A stretch of DNA of 64,000 nt from positions 6,960 to 70,959 of the IMG/VR virus record IMGVR_UViG_3300038456_000361; one strand, given 5' to 3'. Source of the stretch: a virus. A model generated the notes under the pieces. The model saw nothing but the letters and a program-made list of their open reading frames with translations. It did not search any database and was not told the origin of the DNA. A program made the translations under genes and the position numbers. Of the stretch, positions 62,541 through 64,000 are shown in pieces; positions within the stretch are counted from its first letter, which is position 1, and every line of letters starts with the position of its first letter.

Positions 62541-62810
62541 CTAGGCTTGGCCTAGCGTGGGCTTGAAACTGGTGTCCTTGGCGCGCAGCTCCTGCGTGAG
62601 CTGCTCGATGGTGACGCGCATCTCCAGGGCCTCCTTGTTGGCCTGCTCGAGCTGCAGCAGGGCCTGGTCGAGGGACTGCTGGAAGGACCTGCAGCTCCCC
62701 ATCCAGTCCGCGGCGGAGTCCCGCTCCTCCTGGGCGCTGCGAAGCGGGAACTGGGCGAGGTACCTCTTGGCCTCCTGGAAGTTCTTGTCCTCGTCCTTTG
62801 CGTTGGGCAT
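62541..62810 (-). CDS. Coiled-coil hypothetical protein
   Basis: TGTGGTATAGT-N6-ATG. Confidence 0.65.
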   Translation of the reverse strand: MPNAKDEDKNFQEAKRYLAQFPLRSAQEERDSAADWMGSCRSFQQSLDQALLQLEQANKEALEMRVTIEQLTQELRAKDTSFKPTLGQA

Positions 62811-62817
62811 GGGCGTA

Positions 62818-63042
62818 CTATACCACAGCCGACGAGCAGGCCACGAGGGCCTTGCGCGCCTCCCTAGCCCGGGAGTTCGCGTAGCCCCGCACGTCCATGA
62901 GGTCCGCGAGCATGGGCTGGTCCCGACCACCGGCTAGCGAGAGCGTCTCCAGCGAGCGCGTGGAGGCCTCCAGGGCCTTCCACAGCGCCTGGACCCGGCG
63001 CTCGAGCGCCTGGGTGTAGGAATGCTCGTGGTCATCGCCCAT
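62818..63042 (-). CDS. Hypothetical protein
   Basis: DVRGYANSRA. Confidence 0.55.
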   Translation of the reverse strand: MGDDHEHSYTQALERRVQALWKALEASTRSLETLSLAGGRDQPMLADLMDVRGYANSRAREARKALVACSSAVV

Positions 63043-63238
63043 GGGACACCTTCCCTTCGCCGACGCGGACACGCGCGCCCGCCCGCATGCGCGCGAGCAG
63101 GTCCGTCTCCATGGCCTCGATGACGCCCTCGGTCTCGCGCACGCGCTTGCGGAGCATCTCCAGGGTGGACCTGAGCGTCTCCAGGGCCATGACCTCCACG
63201 ACGGTGATGTCTCGCGCCTCGTTCCTCTTACTGGACAT
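63032..63238 (-). CDS. Hypothetical protein
   Basis: AAGGAG SD. Confidence 0.55.
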   Translation of the reverse strand: MSSKRNEARDITVVEVMALETLRSTLEMLRKRVRETEGVIEAMETDLLARMRAGARVRVGEGKVSHGR

Positions 63239-63430
63239 AGGGGTTCTCCTTGAGAGGGTGGTGCAAGTCTAATCCAAGGGGCCTCTGATACGGCAAGAAT
63301 CTGTAGGGGGAGACGCGAACCTCGATGACCTCTGCGGGCTTGAGGACGCCGTCACAGACGTACCACGTCTTGCCACTGCTGTCCGTCATGGTCATCACAC
63401 CACCGAGAGTACCCGAGTTCTGGTCCATTG

Positions 63431-64000
63431 TCAAATCCCGCCCTGGCTCTGCGTGCAGGGGAGCACGAAGTTCAACTCCAGGCCCATGATTTCGCTGGAC
63501 TTCAGCAGGCCGAATGTCTGCGACTGGAACCCGTACCCGCCCACGACGCTGCTGAAGTCGTACCCGGCGGCGTCGCTGAAGATGAAGAGGTCCTCGTAGG
63601 GCAGATACCCGTACCCGCCGTCCGGGGTGTCGAGGGTGTAGGGCTGCACGTCCGCGCACGCGCCCACCACGGTCGTGGCGTCGTAATTCTTGAGCGTCTC
63701 GCCGTCGTCGTGGGTGAAGACGAGGATGTCCCGGCCCGCGTCGGCGCGCCACGTATTCCCCAGGCCACCCGTGCACGCGTCCTGGATGGCGTCCCAGCTC
63801 CCCATGGGCTCGTACGCGAACTCCGAGGCGGGGTTGGCCTGGAGGGTCTGCACGTACGCGAGCGCGGCGCCTGCGGTGGTGAACTGCAGCCCGAGGATGT
63901 CATCGCCCCCATCCGGGGCGGCCATGAGCCCGACGCCGAAGCGGTACGTGCCCCCGTCGGGGGGGAACTGCTGCAGCCACGTCTCGATGGCGGAGAGGAT
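63431..64000 (-). CDS. Acidic PDGG-repeat protein (5' end outside the window), possible paralog of 36328-37557
   Basis: Frame is open to the window end; repeated PDGG/DAG; similar C-terminal pattern ending in Cys. Confidence 0.6.
   Translation of the reverse strand: MLSAIETWLQQFPPDGGTYRFGVGLMAAPDGGDDILGLQFTTAGAALAYVQTLQANPASEFAYEPMGSWDAIQDACTGGLGNTWRADAGRDILVFTHDDGETLKNYDATTVVGACADVQPYTLDTPDGGYGYLPYEDLFIFSDAAGYDFSSVVGGYGFQSQTFGLLKSSEIMGLELNFVLPCTQSQGGI

Overview
High-GC fragment of a large contractile-tailed (myovirus-like) phage genome. The host is probably a myxobacterium, suggested by a Myxococcus-type SspB and by lipoproteins with DAG repeats and Cys-rich motifs. The minus strand carries the late morphogenesis genes (baseplate J, wedge, spike, hub, tape measure, chaperones, tube, sheath, neck proteins), interleaved with early accessory clusters, a lysis module and 6-7 homing-type endonucleases. 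No capsid, portal or terminase gene was recognised in the window. Main findings: (1) Several late genes among the neck/head genes encode multi-enzyme polyproteins (Nudix, two ART-like domains, HEAT repeats, zincin and kinase; SAM-lyase-like plus zincin; mCpol plus ART-like). Their domain boundaries coincide with a recurring [LFMV]-x-K|[ASG]-[ED]-type motif that resembles a prohead-protease cleavage site, suggesting a virion-packaged, proteolytically released effector set. (2) A phage-encoded mCpol domain lies next to an Acb2/Tad1-like sponge gene. (3) A phage-specific late promoter YAATCTA (18 copies found by eye) lies exactly 6 nt before an ATG in 9 cases, implying leaderless mRNAs; two copies lie inside polyprotein ORFs upstream of nested in-frame starts. 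(4) Dispersed ClpXP-related genes: a tailless SspB, a solo ClpX zinc finger and an exported ClpP. (5) Two structured RNA leaders. All family assignments come from motif recognition by eye, not database searches.
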